From the NCBI GenBank assembly GCA_002189035.1, contig CM007989.1, positions 5,332,001-5,396,000 on the forward strand: DNA of 64,000 bases, in the 5' to 3' direction. The notes beneath the pieces are model-generated. The model searched no databases, was not told the origin of the DNA, and saw only the letters and a program-made list of their open reading frames with translations. The translations under genes and the position numbers were made by a program. Shown here in pieces: positions 62,801 to 64,000 of the stretch (its first letter is position 1; each line of letters opens with the position of its first letter). This DNA is from Utricularia gibba. Taxonomy: Eukaryota > Plantae > Magnoliophyta.

Positions 62801-64000
62801 CACATTTCGAGGGAATCCCCGAGTTGGTTTGTCGTGTCCATTATGGGCTTAGGCTCGGAAGGTTCGCCTAGGCTTTTGTGATCCAGGGGGAGGGTGTCTT
62901 TTTGCCAACCCTTTGGTTGGGCTTTTTGATTTTGGTTTGCCTTAGTATTTCCTCATACAAGCTAAACCGCTGCTAGGGAAGTAGGTCGGAACCCCTCATG
63001 GGTTGAGCGACTTCTCCAATCCAAAAGGGCCCTCTTTTGGCCGAACCCCATTGTTTTGAACATGGGTGGATTTTCTTTGGGTGCTCTTGCTGACTCGAGA
63101 TTTCGACAATAAGGTCAATACTTAAGGGCTTTTCAGGGCTTACGCGTGCGGTTTACGGAAATCGGTTCCCAAATTGTACCAGGGCTTACTCTTGTCCCTA
63201 ACACCTGGGTTTGGGAGATCACATATATATACATCAGGGAAGCCCCGAGTTGATTTGCTGTATGCCGTAGGGAATGCCGATTTAGGAGATTACCTTGGGC
63301 TTACGTTACTTGGCCAGAGCTTATGGTTTAAATCTTTGAGGGTCTGCCTGGGCTTACGCGACTCGGCCAGGGCTTATGGTTTCGTTTACCCATCTCCACT
63401 TTGGAGGAATTTATAGGTGCTTGAGTGTTTTGAGGAAGAGAATACCGGATTCTGCGCAAACCTGTGATGGAGGTTGATATTGAGCCAGTTAGGTGTAGAA
63501 TTTCCTTAGGTGTGATGCATTCCACGACCTTGGGAATTCCATGCCATCTAACTGTTCTAGACGATACGCTCCTTTTCCGATCACCCTCGAAATCCGATAA
63601 GGGCTTTCCCAATTGCGGTCTAACTTCCCAACATGTCTCTGTGGTTGGATGCTTCGGAGCACCAAATCTCCTTCGGAGAATTCCCTTGGGTATACCGACT
63701 TGTTGTAACTCTTCTTCCTTCTTCTCTGATAAGCCCCTAGTCGGTTATAGACGCTTTGTCGTTTTTCTTCCAATAGCTCCAACTCTAGTTTTCGCAGGTT
63801 AGCATTTTCCTCTTTATTGTAGTGCTCCACCCGATAGCTTTTCAGGGTTAGTTCAATCGGGCATACGGCTTCTGAACCGTAAACCAATAAGAAGGGAGAC
63901 TCTTCCGTGGTTGTTCGAGGGGTGGCGATACGACCACAGCACCCCCTCCGAAATCTTCAAGCTTAGTCTTCATACCTAGTCTGAGCGTTCGGTTTGTTAC
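59804..64000 (-). mobile_element. Retand/Tat Ty3/gypsy 3' portion: integrase end (63489-64000), long 3' region, PPT (60308-60319) and 3' LTR (59804-60307)
   Basis: The integrase reads VYGSEAVCP.E..GDLVLR..GKLDRNWESPYRI..GAYRLEQLDG..RSWNASHLRKFY. The LTR termini are TGTTGGGG..CCCCATCA. The element continues beyond the window. Confidence 0.92.
60482..62518 (+). pseudogene. Antisense additional ORF of the Retand element (Transposase_28-like N-terminus, coiled-coil C-terminus), fragmented
   Basis: It reads GLYFPLHPLIVQFL..LSPNSI (60625-60966), then a Ser/Pro-rich linker, then the heptad-rich VSRLQAQIAAQDAKIK..QLEEAEAELKQAKD (62030-62518). It is broken by stops and frameshifts. Confidence 0.7.

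Noticed and set aside
1-64000. CRISPR arrays, rRNA, telomeric arrays, organellar insertions, prokaryotic operons
   Set aside because: None was seen; the sequence is eukaryotic plant nuclear DNA with spliceosomal introns and LTR retroelements.

Overview
This is an AT-rich plant (eudicot-like) nuclear window. Host genes: a secreted PLAT/LH2-domain gene (1364-1973), an intronless VQ-motif gene (4524-5609), a tRNA-Arg(ACG) gene (17032-17104, minus), an EPFL1-like peptide hormone gene (25596-25937) and a recently disabled kinase-less WAK-ectodomain gene (26221-27343). Most of 7.5-24.3 kb and 28.9-64 kb is nested, degenerate transposon sequence: Tnt1-like and Angela-like copia, Athila-, CRM-, Tekay- and Retand-like gypsy, MULE and PIF/Harbinger. 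Five solo LTRs have readable 5-bp target-site duplications (TSDs), and no complete element lies in the window. I found no convincing wholly new multi-gene system. The best leads are an in-frame uORF plus W-boxes ahead of the VQ gene, an atypical EPFL1-like gene with stacked uORFs, a clean ~980-bp inversion inside a copia element, a Retand antisense ORF, and DNA-repair scars readable from in-window paralogues. All family assignments come from manual translation and remembered motifs, not database searches.
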